This document shows, in pieces, positions 36,863 through 44,948 of a stretch of DNA of 44,948 nt. The translations under genes and the position numbers were made by a program. Source of the stretch: Candidatus Pacearchaeota archaeon UBA284 (GTDB taxonomy: Archaea; Nanobdellota; Nanobdellia; Pacearchaeales; UBA284); the NCBI GenBank assembly GCA_002499185.1, contig DAKN01000102.1, positions 15,060-60,007 of the forward strand, written 5' to 3'. The notes beneath the pieces were generated by a model. It was not told the DNA's origin and searched no databases. It worked only from the letters and a program-made list of their open reading frames with translations. How positions within the stretch are numbered: the first letter of the stretch is position 1; every line of letters starts with the position of its first letter.

Positions 36863-37228
36863 TTAATCTAAGAGAGTATCAATCATCGTTATTGGACCAA
36901 GACTTTCTAATTCAATTTCTTTGCGAAAGTGTTTAAGGGAATTAAATTTTGATTCAAATTCTTTAGATAAAGGACCATTATATCTTCCAATAAGATAATT
37001 AAGATTATTTTCCATATACATTACCTTTTCTTTAATAGGGGAATTATAAAAACGGTAAGGGTTAAAACCTTGGCTATTTTTTATTAATGAATTTTCTAAT
37101 TTATTCAAAACAGAATAAATTTTTCTTTCTTCAGAATTTAAAGAATGTTGTTTTTTTAATGCACGTAAAATTAATTCACCAAACCTAAAAATATCCTTGT
37201 GCCAAAAGATTTCAGCAATAGATCTCAT
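36863..37228 (-). CDS. hypothetical protein
   Basis: 121-aa helical-looking ORF. ATGA-type 4-nt overlap with the upstream ORF. Confidence 0.4.
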   Translation of the reverse strand: MRSIAEIFWHKDIFRFGELILRALKKQHSLNSEERKIYSVLNKLENSLIKNSQGFNPYRFYNSPIKEKVMYMENNLNYLIGRYNGPLSKEFESKFNSLKHFRKEIELESLGPITMIDTLLD

Positions 37229-37587
37229 TTTTTCTTTTTGACTTTTGATTTTGGTCGTTCAAAAATAGTAGAAACTGGTTTTTTTGGAGCAAATTTCCTT
37301 CCAATTATCTCTCTAAATATTCTTTCAACGTCTTCTTTTTCTTTTCTAACTTGATCCACATTAATTTTTTGGTCTTTTCTTCCAATTCCCTGCAGTGCTT
37401 TTTCAATATAATCTAATTTTAAATTTAATTCTTGAATTTGTTTTTGTAAAATTCCCAAGGCGAGCCACAATTGCGCTTTTCCCTTATCTTCTGCTTTACT
37501 ATAAGATTCTTTATGCATAAAAGATTCGGCTATTAATCTTTCAACGTAAGGTCTCAATTCTCTTTTAATATTTTTTCTCCAATCCAT
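37225..37587 (-). CDS. hypothetical protein (helical, basic C-terminal tail)
   Basis: 120-aa ORF with a coiled-coil-like centre (LQKQIQELNLKLDYIEKAL) and a KSKVKKKK tail. Confidence 0.4.
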   Translation of the reverse strand: MDWRKNIKRELRPYVERLIAESFMHKESYSKAEDKGKAQLWLALGILQKQIQELNLKLDYIEKALQGIGRKDQKINVDQVRKEKEDVERIFREIIGRKFAPKKPVSTIFERPKSKVKKKK

Positions 37588-37706
37588 ATTCCAGATAATC
37601 GCCGGGGATTTTTAAGTATTAATATATTTTAGTATATATTTTAAATAACAATATTAAAGAAACAAATAAACAATAGTTTTTTAAAATGTCTTTATTTTAA
37701 TGCAAC

Positions 37707-38336
37707 ATGAAAACTAAAAATAAAGATTTCATAGAATTTGATTTTTATGCAAAGATAAAGGATGGGGAAATATTTGATACTACCCTAAATGATGTAGCAA
37801 TTAAAGCAGGATTAACTGATAAAGAAGATAAACAAAGATTCAAACCACTAAGAATTTGTATAGGTGAGGGTATGATTTTAAAAGGATTAGATAATGCCCT
37901 ATGTGATAAGGAACTAAACAAAGAATATTCTATAGAATTATCTCCTGATGAATCCTTTGGGAAGAGAAAAGCAAATTTAATAAGAACTTTTCCAATAACC
38001 GCATTTAAAACAAGACCATATCCTGGAATGCTAGTTAATGTTGAAGGAACTATAGCAAAGGTAGTTTCAGCAAATTCTGGAAGAATAATGCTAGATTTTA
38101 ATAACCCCCTTTCGGGAAAAATAGTTATTTATAATTTTACAATAAAAAGAATAATTTCTGAAGATAAGGAAAAGATAGAAACCCTTTTTGACGGTTATGG
38201 TTTAAAGGCTAAATCAATTTCTTTGGATGGGAAAAAAACCAAAATAGAAATGGAAGAAAAATATCCAAAACAAGTTCTTGAAGAAATTTCTAAAAAAATA
38301 AACGAATTGATAAAAATAGAATCAGAATTTAATTAG
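37707..38336 (+). CDS. FKBP-type peptidyl-prolyl cis-trans isomerase (SlyD-like, with insert-in-flap domain)
   Basis: 209 aa. FDFYAKIKDGEIFDTT, ICIGEGMILKGLD, LDFNNPLSGK. Confidence 0.82.
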   Translation: MKTKNKDFIEFDFYAKIKDGEIFDTTLNDVAIKAGLTDKEDKQRFKPLRICIGEGMILKGLDNALCDKELNKEYSIELSPDESFGKRKANLIRTFPITAFKTRPYPGMLVNVEGTIAKVVSANSGRIMLDFNNPLSGKIVIYNFTIKRIISEDKEKIETLFDGYGLKAKSISLDGKKTKIEMEEKYPKQVLEEISKKINELIKIESEFN

Positions 38337-38415
38337 AGTTTAATAAAAAACACATTAGAGAAATATTGCTTTTTAGAACATTAAACTTTAAATAGTAATA
38401 TTTGATTTGAGAACT

Positions 38416-39504
38416 ATGGCAGAAGGATTTGAAATAAGAGAGGAATATAGAAAAGAGATTGATAAGGAGCTAGAAGAGATAATTTCTAAACAAAAAGCAT
38501 CCATAAAAGTAATTGGTGTTGGCGGTGGAGGAAACAATACTCTTAGTAGGATGAAAGAGATAGGGATAAAGGGTGCTGAAATGATAGCTGCAAATACTGA
38601 TGCTCAAGATTTACTTTATACTTATTGTGACCATAAAATTCTTCTTGGAAGAGAACTAACCCACGGTCTTGGAGCAGGAAGTAATCCAAAAATTGGAGAA
38701 GAATCTGCTAAAGAAAGTGAACATGAAATAAAAATGAAACTTCAAGGAAGTGATTTAATCTTTATAACTTGTGGATTGGGCGGAGGAACCGGAACAGGAG
38801 CAGCACCAATCATTGCAGAAGTTGCTAAGAAACTTAATGCATTAACTATTGGTGTAGTTACCTTGCCTTTTACGATAGAAGGACAAAAAAGATATGAAAA
38901 CGCAATATATGGTTTAGAAAGAATGGAAGACATAGTAGATACATTAATTGTTGTTCCTAATGATAAACTTCTTGAATTAGCTCCCGATTTACCCTTACAC
39001 ACAGCATTTAAAATTGCAGATGAAATTTTAACAAATGCAGTAAAGGGGATAGCCGAACTTGTAACAAAAGCAGGATTAGTTAATTTAGATTTCGCAGATA
39101 TTCGTGCAGTAATGTCTAATGGGGGAGTAGCAATGATTGGCGTAGGTGAAAGTGATTCCCCAGACAGATCAGTAGAAGCAATACAAAAAGCAATAGAAAA
39201 TCCATTGTTAGATGTAGATATTACTGATGCATCGGGTGCATTAATTAACATCATCGGTGGATTAGATTTAACTCTAGATGAAGCAAGAAAAGTAATTGAA
39301 ACTGTGGGTAAGAAAATAAGTCCGGAAGCAAAAATGATTTGGGGAGCGCAACTAAGCGAAGATATGGATAAAACTCTAAGGGTTTTATTGATAGTGACTG
39401 GTGTTCAAAGTCCACAAATTCTTGGAGTTAAAGAAAAGAAAAAAACCCGCGATAAAAAATCAATATCTGAAGAATTGGGAATAGATTTTGTTGAAGAAAA
39501 TTAA
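38416..39504 (+). CDS. ftsZ: cell division GTPase FtsZ
   Basis: GVGGGGNN, tubulin signature GGGTGTGAAP, and NTDAQ. ATG at 38416 is preferred over the TTG at 38407 used in the ORF track. Confidence 0.95.
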   Translation: MAEGFEIREEYRKEIDKELEEIISKQKASIKVIGVGGGGNNTLSRMKEIGIKGAEMIAANTDAQDLLYTYCDHKILLGRELTHGLGAGSNPKIGEESAKESEHEIKMKLQGSDLIFITCGLGGGTGTGAAPIIAEVAKKLNALTIGVVTLPFTIEGQKRYENAIYGLERMEDIVDTLIVVPNDKLLELAPDLPLHTAFKIADEILTNAVKGIAELVTKAGLVNLDFADIRAVMSNGGVAMIGVGESDSPDRSVEAIQKAIENPLLDVDITDASGALINIIGGLDLTLDEARKVIETVGKKISPEAKMIWGAQLSEDMDKTLRVLLIVTGVQSPQILGVKEKKKTRDKKSISEELGIDFVEEN

Positions 39505-39556
39505 GAAATAAATTAAAATTAATAATCTTTTTAAAGGCTCAATAGTTCTGAATAAT

Positions 39557-39730
39557 ATGATATCAAAAACAAGAGAATTTTTTAATAAATGTGTTCGTGT
39601 ATTAAGAGTAGCAAGAAAACCGACAAAAAGCGAACTAAAAAATATTTCAAAAATTTCAGCTATAGGGATGCTTATAATTGGATTAATTGGTTTTATAATT
39701 AGCACTATTTTTACAATCTTATTTTACTAA
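39557..39730 (+). CDS. secE: protein translocase subunit SecE / Sec61-gamma (57 aa), not in the supplied ORF track
   Basis: Hand translation gives MISKTREFFNKCVRVLRVARKPTKSELKNISKISAIGMLIIGLIGFIISTIFTILFY. It has the conserved basic amphipathic region plus a single TM, and sits in the classical position between ftsZ and spt5. Confidence 0.8.
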   Translation: MISKTREFFNKCVRVLRVARKPTKSELKNISKISAIGMLIIGLIGFIISTIFTILFY

Positions 39731-39749
39731 TAAAATATCAAAAAATAAA

Positions 39750-40067
39750 ATGGAAAGAAAAATATTTTTTACTGGAATAATATTTCTTATTATCTTTTTT
39801 TCTCTATTTATTTCAGGATGTGGCAGCTTAACAGTATCTGAACTAAATCAAAATAAAGAAAAATATCTTGGAGAAGAAATTTCAGTAACCGGGATAGTTA
39901 CAAATACTATAAAGATAGGTTCATTATCTGGATATACCTTAAAAGATGAAAAAACAGATGAAACAATTGCAGTAAAATCAAGCATTTTACCAGAAGAAGG
40001 GGAAAAAATTACAATTAAAGGAACATTAATGAAAGATCTTGTTTTTTACTATATCTTGGTTAAATAA
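39750..40067 (+). CDS. OB-fold-like lipoprotein
   Basis: 105 aa. Signal peptide with lipobox-like FISGCGS, then EEISVTGIVTNT...IAVKSS...KITIKGTL, a beta-rich OB-like pattern. Resembles 16976..17332. Confidence 0.5.
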   Translation: MERKIFFTGIIFLIIFFSLFISGCGSLTVSELNQNKEKYLGEEISVTGIVTNTIKIGSLSGYTLKDEKTDETIAVKSSILPEEGEKITIKGTLMKDLVFYYILVK

Positions 40068-40131
40068 TTAAATAAAATGTTAAACCGAACATTTAAAAAG
40101 ATTCCAAAACATAGCAAATTATCCTTCTAAA

Positions 40132-40599
40132 ATGATATATGTCGTTAAGGTAACAACAAATAAGGAAGAACAGGCACTCGATTTAATTGCAAATAGGATA
40201 GAGAAAAAAAATTTAAATGTTTTTTCAATAGCCCGCCCTCACGGATTAAGGGGTTATATTCTAATCGAATCATTAGATAAGGAATCGGCAGAACAAGCTG
40301 TTTTCAATCTCCCATATGTCAAAGGAATAATTTCTAAAAATTTAGAATATGGGGAGATAGAAAATATGATTGAACCTGTTGTTGCAGATATTAAAATAGA
40401 AAAAGGAGATGTTGTAGAGATTTTATCAGAACCATTTAAAAGAGAAAAAGCTAAAGTCGTAAAAATTGATAAGTTAAAAGAAGAAGTTGTTGTTGAATTA
40501 TTAGAAGCAGCAATTCCAATACCTATAACAATTAAATTAGATAATGTTAAGGTCATTAGAAGAACTGCAGAAGAAGGAGAGCATATCAAAGAACATTAA
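40132..40599 (+). CDS. spt5: transcription elongation factor Spt5 (archaeal NusG)
   Basis: 155 aa. NGN domain (IYVVKVTTNKEEQ...GYILIE) and KOW motif (GDVVEILSEPFKREKAKVVKID). Confidence 0.9.
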   Translation: MIYVVKVTTNKEEQALDLIANRIEKKNLNVFSIARPHGLRGYILIESLDKESAEQAVFNLPYVKGIISKNLEYGEIENMIEPVVADIKIEKGDVVEILSEPFKREKAKVVKIDKLKEEVVVELLEAAIPIPITIKLDNVKVIRRTAEEGEHIKEH

Positions 40600-40644
40600 A
40601 TTGCTTTTAGATACTTTTTTATATATTAATTCTTATAATCTATT

Positions 40645-41370
40645 ATGTTTGATAAGAAGGAATTAGGAATATTAATTGGTGCATCTGTTTTTTTAGGAAT
40701 ATTAATTTCTATAAACCTTAATGGAACTATTTTATCTTTTGAATTTCTTGATATTTTAAAGAATATAATTGTTATGAATATTATCTTTTTTGTTTTTGTT
40801 ATGGCAGAAAAAGCAGCTGCAAATTTACTCGAATGTAGGATTAAAATAAGATTACTTGAATCAGAAAGATTAAGTTATCAACCAATCGCAAAATTAAAGA
40901 AAGGAAAATTTCCCTGGTGGCTTGCTCTTCCAATTTTAACTTATTTAGTAGCTCTTGGATTTAAAGCAAAATTATTATGGCTTTCTATTTTTAATTTTGA
41001 CACAGAACCTAAATCATCAAGAATAAAGAAAAGATTTTTTGAACCTACTGAATGGGATATTGCAATAATATCTTTAGCGGGAACTTTTTCAGTAGTTCTT
41101 TTGGGCGCAATAGCAAATTCTTTTGGCTATTCAGATTATGCATTATTATGTACTCTATTAGCATTATCTTCTGTAATTCCAATAGGTCAGGGACTTAAGG
41201 TTTTTTTCGGTTCTAAATGGCTTTTCATATTTTCGATAGTTTTCACACTAACAATTTTCTTATTAGGATTTATTTTGGAACCAATCACAACAATAATTCT
41301 TTCAATAATTTTTGCAATTTTAGCGGTTTTCTTTTTATATGGGCATCAAAGCAAATGGGGAAAAAGATAA
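40645..41370 (+). CDS. hypothetical polytopic membrane protein
   Basis: 241 aa with about 6 hydrophobic segments. No intact catalytic motif seen. Confidence 0.5.
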   Translation: MFDKKELGILIGASVFLGILISINLNGTILSFEFLDILKNIIVMNIIFFVFVMAEKAAANLLECRIKIRLLESERLSYQPIAKLKKGKFPWWLALPILTYLVALGFKAKLLWLSIFNFDTEPKSSRIKKRFFEPTEWDIAIISLAGTFSVVLLGAIANSFGYSDYALLCTLLALSSVIPIGQGLKVFFGSKWLFIFSIVFTLTIFLLGFILEPITTIILSIIFAILAVFFLYGHQSKWGKR

Positions 41371-41433
41371 ATGCAAGTAAGGAAAATAATTTAAATGTCT
41401 TTTTCTATTGATTAATAGATAAAAGAGGAAAAA

Positions 41434-41811
41434 ATGGATCAAAGAGATATGGATGCGGTTTCTGCAATGGTTGCAGATTTTAGTAGCCACTTAAACAATT
41501 TAGAAGAAAAAATGCAACTATTAAGAGAAAGGGTTTCTATTTTAAGCCAGACATTGCTTAAACAAAACGACCGTTTGAACAATGAACTATCAGACATAAA
41601 ATCTGATTTGAATAAAATTAAAGATAATCACGAAAAATTGAAAGAAACAATAGATCATGTCGCTTTTGAATCGTCAACATTCGCAAGAAAAGAAGAAATA
41701 TTATCTGCACAAAGATTTATGAAATTATTTGAGCCGCTCAATTTTGTAAATGAAGAGGATGTTAAAAAAATTGTTTTACAAATGATTAAACAAAAAGATA
41801 TAGAAGAATAA
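41434..41811 (+). CDS. hypothetical coiled-coil protein
   Basis: 125 aa with heptad-like LEEKMQLLRERVSILSQTLLKQNDRLNNELSDIKSDLNKIKDNHEKLKE. AGAGG lies 7 nt upstream of the ATG. Confidence 0.5.
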   Translation: MDQRDMDAVSAMVADFSSHLNNLEEKMQLLRERVSILSQTLLKQNDRLNNELSDIKSDLNKIKDNHEKLKETIDHVAFESSTFARKEEILSAQRFMKLFEPLNFVNEEDVKKIVLQMIKQKDIEE

Positions 41812-41833
41812 ATTTAAACGCAATAAAATAAAA

Positions 41834-42724
41834 ATGGCTAATAGAGAGGTAGTGAATGAAATAATTTCGATGATAATGCAAGGATTTAGAGAAGATGAAA
41901 TCTTAACTACCTTAAAAGAAGAAGGACATTCTTATAAAGATATAAAGGACGCAATTGATCAAGCACAAACAAAAATAGAATTGGCAAAAGCAGCTGGAGA
42001 TGAAAGTTTATTGACAGAAGATATGGAAGAAGAAAAACCAGAGAGACCAAGAAAGGTAGAATCAAAACAAAAAATGACTAAATCAATCATTTCTCAACCG
42101 AGAATGCCACACCCCCAATATTCTGCTGAAGAACAACAAGATACAGAAACAAGAGATGAAGAAGAAATTGAAGAGGGAATTCCTGCCCCTGGATCAATGC
42201 AACAAGCACATTATCCACAACAAGAATATTCTCAACAGAAATTTGCATATCAACCACAAGAAGCAGATATTTCAGAATTAGATGAAATGGTTGAGGAAAT
42301 TGTAAATGATAAGATAAGAGAGATTGAAACAAAGATAGGCAATTTAGATTCATTTAAACAAGGATTACAAAAAGAAATAAAAAATCTCGGCAATAGTTTG
42401 GAAAAATTTGAAACAAAAATAAAAGATAAAGATACTGAAATAATTTCTAAAATACAAGAAATCGTCTTTGAAATTCAATTAATCAACTCTGAAATAATTG
42501 CGCTTGAAAATGTCTTTTTGAAAATTTTATCCCCATTAGTATCAAACATTAAGGAAATAGAAAAGGTTGCCAGAGCCGCGCAAAATATTAATTTTAAGAA
42601 AGCGAAAGATATGGAAAAATTAACAGAAAATATAGAAATACAAAAAAAGAGAAGAGATGAAACCCGAGAAACAAGTAAACTTTCTGGGCAAAAAAAATCC
42701 AGTTTAGATAAGTTAATGAAATAA
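41834..42724 (+). CDS. hypothetical protein: small N-terminal helical domain, acidic/Gln-rich linker, C-terminal coiled coil
   Basis: 296 aa. The C-terminal half (IREIETKIGNLDSFKQGLQKEIKNLGNSLEKFETKIKD...) resembles the preceding ORF. Confidence 0.5.
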   Translation: MANREVVNEIISMIMQGFREDEILTTLKEEGHSYKDIKDAIDQAQTKIELAKAAGDESLLTEDMEEEKPERPRKVESKQKMTKSIISQPRMPHPQYSAEEQQDTETRDEEEIEEGIPAPGSMQQAHYPQQEYSQQKFAYQPQEADISELDEMVEEIVNDKIREIETKIGNLDSFKQGLQKEIKNLGNSLEKFETKIKDKDTEIISKIQEIVFEIQLINSEIIALENVFLKILSPLVSNIKEIEKVARAAQNINFKKAKDMEKLTENIEIQKKRRDETRETSKLSGQKKSSLDKLMK

Positions 42725-42747
42725 TCTTGTGTTTAAAAGAGGTGTAA

Positions 42748-44948
42748 ATGTTATTCAAACCAGAAACGCAAATTTATGGATATGAAATTATCCGAGAAGG
42801 AAACCAAGAAGCAATATATTTTAATTATCTTGGAGCACCGTTTGTTCCGAGCATAGCTAGTTCTAATGTTATAATGTCGAGAGTTGTAGACGCATTGGGG
42901 GAATTTCCAAACGCAACAAAAGTAGTTTTTGTTCAACAGAGAAATTATGTTCATGCATTTAATCAAGTAAAATACCTAACACAAATTGCACAACTTTATA
43001 CATCATTAATCAAACAAGAAAAAATCTTGTCTGCATCAACATTAGAATTAGGAAGATGTCAGAAGCACCTTAATCAAAGATATGAGACCATGCGTTATCT
43101 TGTTTTAGGATTATTAAGGCAAGACCCAATTGCGATGTTCTTTGAATTAGATAGGTATATTGAAGAACAAAAAATAAATGTTGTAAATGCTATTCCCGAA
43201 GACAAGGCATGCGAAGAAAAATTTCTAAAGTTATTGATGAATATTTTTGTTTTAGTGGAAAAAACATCAATTATACAGCAAATAATACAAAGAACAGATT
43301 TGGTAAAAAAATATAAATTGAATTCAAGAGAGATTTATTCACAATTTTTTAGACCAGAAATTGTTCCAAATTTTACATTTACTAGATTAATGGCGTCTTT
43401 ACCAGAAGATGGGGAAATTGTTGAAGAGTATAAAATCGGCGGGGAGTTTGATCAAAGTGTGGTTACAATTTTGAAAGTTCCTGGAAAAAATAAATATCTT
43501 TATCATTTAAATCCGCCAGAATTTTCACTTGATGAAGAATTGCAAGAATTAGTAAATGTTGCAAGAAATGTTTTATTAGAGCACAAACCAAAAGCAGAAG
43601 AATTTACAGATCCTGAAAGAATAAGGCAGGTTTTTTTTAGTATTGCAAAAGATTTGCTTACAGAATTAGCTGAGGGGAAAAAAATAAAATTAAATTATAA
43701 AAATTTGAATAAGTTAGCATCAATTTTAGTACGATATACCATTGGATTTGGATTAATTGAAATTTTATTACAAGATGAACAATTACAAGATATATCTATA
43801 AATTCTCCCCCTGGTGGAGTTCCTATTTTTGTAAGGCATAATGAATTTGAAGAATGTGATACAAATATAATTCCAAGTAAAGAAGATGTTGATTCTTGGG
43901 CCGCCAAATTTAGAATGATTTCTGGCAGACCCTTAGATGAAGCGAATCCAATATTGGATACAGAACTTCAAATTGAAAATGCGCGTGCGAGAGTTGCAAT
44001 AATACAACAGCCATTATCTCCTGACGGAATCGCATATGCTCTTAGAAGACATAGAGATAATCCTTGGACATTGCCTTTATTTATCAAAAACAAGATGATA
44101 AGTCCGATTGCTGCAGGACTAATGTCTTTTTTAATAGATGGTGGAAGAACTTTTCTTGTAGCAGGAACAAGAAGTTCTGGTAAAACGTCTTTTTTAGGAG
44201 CGTGTATGTTAGAAATTATGCAAAAACATAGGACAATTGTTTTAGAAGATACATTAGAATTGCCCGTAGAATCTCTTAGAAATTTGAATTTCGATATTTT
44301 AAGAATGAAAGTTAGGGGGGCATTGTTAAAAGAATCCGCAGAGGTTTCAGCAGAAGAAGGAATTAGAGCATCCTTACGTTTAGGAGATAGCTGTTTGATA
44401 GTTGGTGAAGTTAGAAGCACAGAAACCTTAGCATTATATGAGGCAATGAGAATCGGCGCATTAGCAAATGTAGTAGCAGGAACAATCCATGGTGCAAGCC
44501 CATATGGTGTTTTTGATAGAGTTGTTAATGATTTAAAAGTTCCAGCAACAAGTTTCAAAGCAACAGATATTATTTTAATAGTTAACCCAATTAAAAGTGC
44601 AGACGGATTACATAGGTATAGGAGAATGCTTCAAGTATCTGAGGTAAGAAAACACTGGAAAGAAGATCCAGCAATGGAACAAGGTTTTCTTGATTTAATG
44701 AAATATGATGTTCTTAACGATGAAATTAAAGCAACAGATGATTTGATTAATGGTGAATCAGAAACATTAAAAGAAATAGCCGGAAATGTCAAGGGTTGGG
44801 CAGGAAATTGGGATGCTGTTTGGGATAATATCCAATTAAGAGCAAACATGAAACAATCTTTAGTTGATTTTTCAATACAAAATAAAATGCCCGAATTGTT
44901 AGAAGCACAATTCGTAGTAAAAAGCAACTCCGTTTTTCATGAAATATC
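42748..44948 (+). CDS. type II/IV secretion-system ATPase (PilB/ArlI(FlaI)/VirB11 superfamily), 3'-truncated by window edge
   Basis: Absent from the ORF track because there is no in-window stop. Hand translation shows an uninterrupted 733-codon frame from the ATG at 42748, with GAGGTG 4 nt upstream. Walker A GTRSSGKTS, Asp box IVLEDTLEL, Walker B CLIVGEVR, His box GTIHGAS. About 430 aa precede Walker A. Confidence 0.85.
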   Translation, partial: MLFKPETQIYGYEIIREGNQEAIYFNYLGAPFVPSIASSNVIMSRVVDALGEFPNATKVVFVQQRNYVHAFNQVKYLTQIAQLYTSLIKQEKILSASTLELGRCQKHLNQRYETMRYLVLGLLRQDPIAMFFELDRYIEEQKINVVNAIPEDKACEEKFLKLLMNIFVLVEKTSIIQQIIQRTDLVKKYKLNSREIYSQFFRPEIVPNFTFTRLMASLPEDGEIVEEYKIGGEFDQSVVTILKVPGKNKYLYHLNPPEFSLDEELQELVNVARNVLLEHKPKAEEFTDPERIRQVFFSIAKDLLTELAEGKKIKLNYKNLNKLASILVRYTIGFGLIEILLQDEQLQDISINSPPGGVPIFVRHNEFEECDTNIIPSKEDVDSWAAKFRMISGRPLDEANPILDTELQIENARARVAIIQQPLSPDGIAYALRRHRDNPWTLPLFIKNKMISPIAAGLMSFLIDGGRTFLVAGTRSSGKTSFLGACMLEIMQKHRTIVLEDTLELPVESLRNLNFDILRMKVRGALLKESAEVSAEEGIRASLRLGDSCLIVGEVRSTETLALYEAMRIGALANVVAGTIHGASPYGVFDRVVNDLKVPATSFKATDIILIVNPIKSADGLHRYRRMLQVSEVRKHWKEDPAMEQGFLDLMKYDVLNDEIKATDDLINGESETLKEIAGNVKGWAGNWDAVWDNIQLRANMKQSLVDFSIQNKMPELLEAQFVVKSNSVFHEI

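Noticed and set aside
38742-39254. 170-aa minus-strand ORF inside ftsZ. Similar long antisense ORFs occur at 123..353, 831..1106, 2225..2506, 6460..6777, 7112..7444, 8131..8472, 13825..14175, 18965..19462 and 40254..40589.
   Set aside because: Each lies entirely within, and antisense to, a gene with strong motif support. Their products are low-complexity Ser/Ile/Phe-rich strings typical of shadow frames of purine-rich codons.
40645-41370. Possible second M50/site-2 protease, suggested by topology similar to the 34737..36155 product.
   Set aside because: There is no HExxH (the corresponding helix reads MAEKAAANLLE) and no LDG motif. It is kept as a hypothetical membrane protein.
43695-44927. 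Minus-strand ORFs 43695..43907, 43968..44558 and 44631..44927 (and 42751..42966), offered by the ORF track as the only ORFs in this region.
   Set aside because: The plus strand carries an uninterrupted frame with complete secretion-ATPase motifs. The minus-strand ORFs are antisense shadows.

Overview
This is a visibly AT-rich, tightly packed archaeal chromosome segment. Intergenic gaps are short, several start/stop codons overlap, and many starts sit about 25 nt downstream of TATA-like A/T boxes. Gene content and style fit a small-genome DPANN-type archaeon (Pacearchaeota/Woesearchaeota-like), but that placement is inference only.

Core content:
- A very clear replication origin at about 8.8-9.3 kb: an inverted ORB pair around an A/T-only unwinding region. 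It is followed by orc1/cdc6 and both subunits of DNA polymerase D.
- An Lhr helicase plus metallophosphoesterase pair.
- Hef split into separate helicase and XPF-nuclease genes.
- Glycyl-tRNA synthetase, NDK and a HIT protein.
- An M16 peptidase / agmatinase-family / ThpR operon.
- A lipid-carrier and envelope cluster: polyprenol kinase-like protein, PAP2 phosphatase, and a short archaeosortase-like protein.
- Ribosomal proteins L1-L10(P0)-P1, L40e and aIF5A.
- FKBP, then ftsZ-secE-(OB-fold lipoprotein)-spt5.
- A type IV pilus/archaellum-class secretion ATPase that runs off the right edge of the window.
- Three tRNA genes: Ser-CGA with a canonical intron, Ala-GGC and Ala-CGC.

I found no rRNA, CRISPR array, transposase, integrase or recognisable defence system.

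The loci the ordinary gene calls do not explain:
1. A 27-bp exact duplication of the 3' end of tRNA-Ala(CGC), bracketing an 83-bp GC-rich, palindrome-dense insert.
2. Two paralogous coiled-coil/HTH genes with 11- and 12-nt tandem repeats in their linkers. Bipartite palindromes recur in the promoter and coding region of one of them. The two genes flank a 490-bp purine-rich noncoding tract with reiterated motifs.
3. Two coiled-coil genes coupled to an N-terminally extended secretion ATPase.

All functional calls come from motif recognition by eye. No database search was run.
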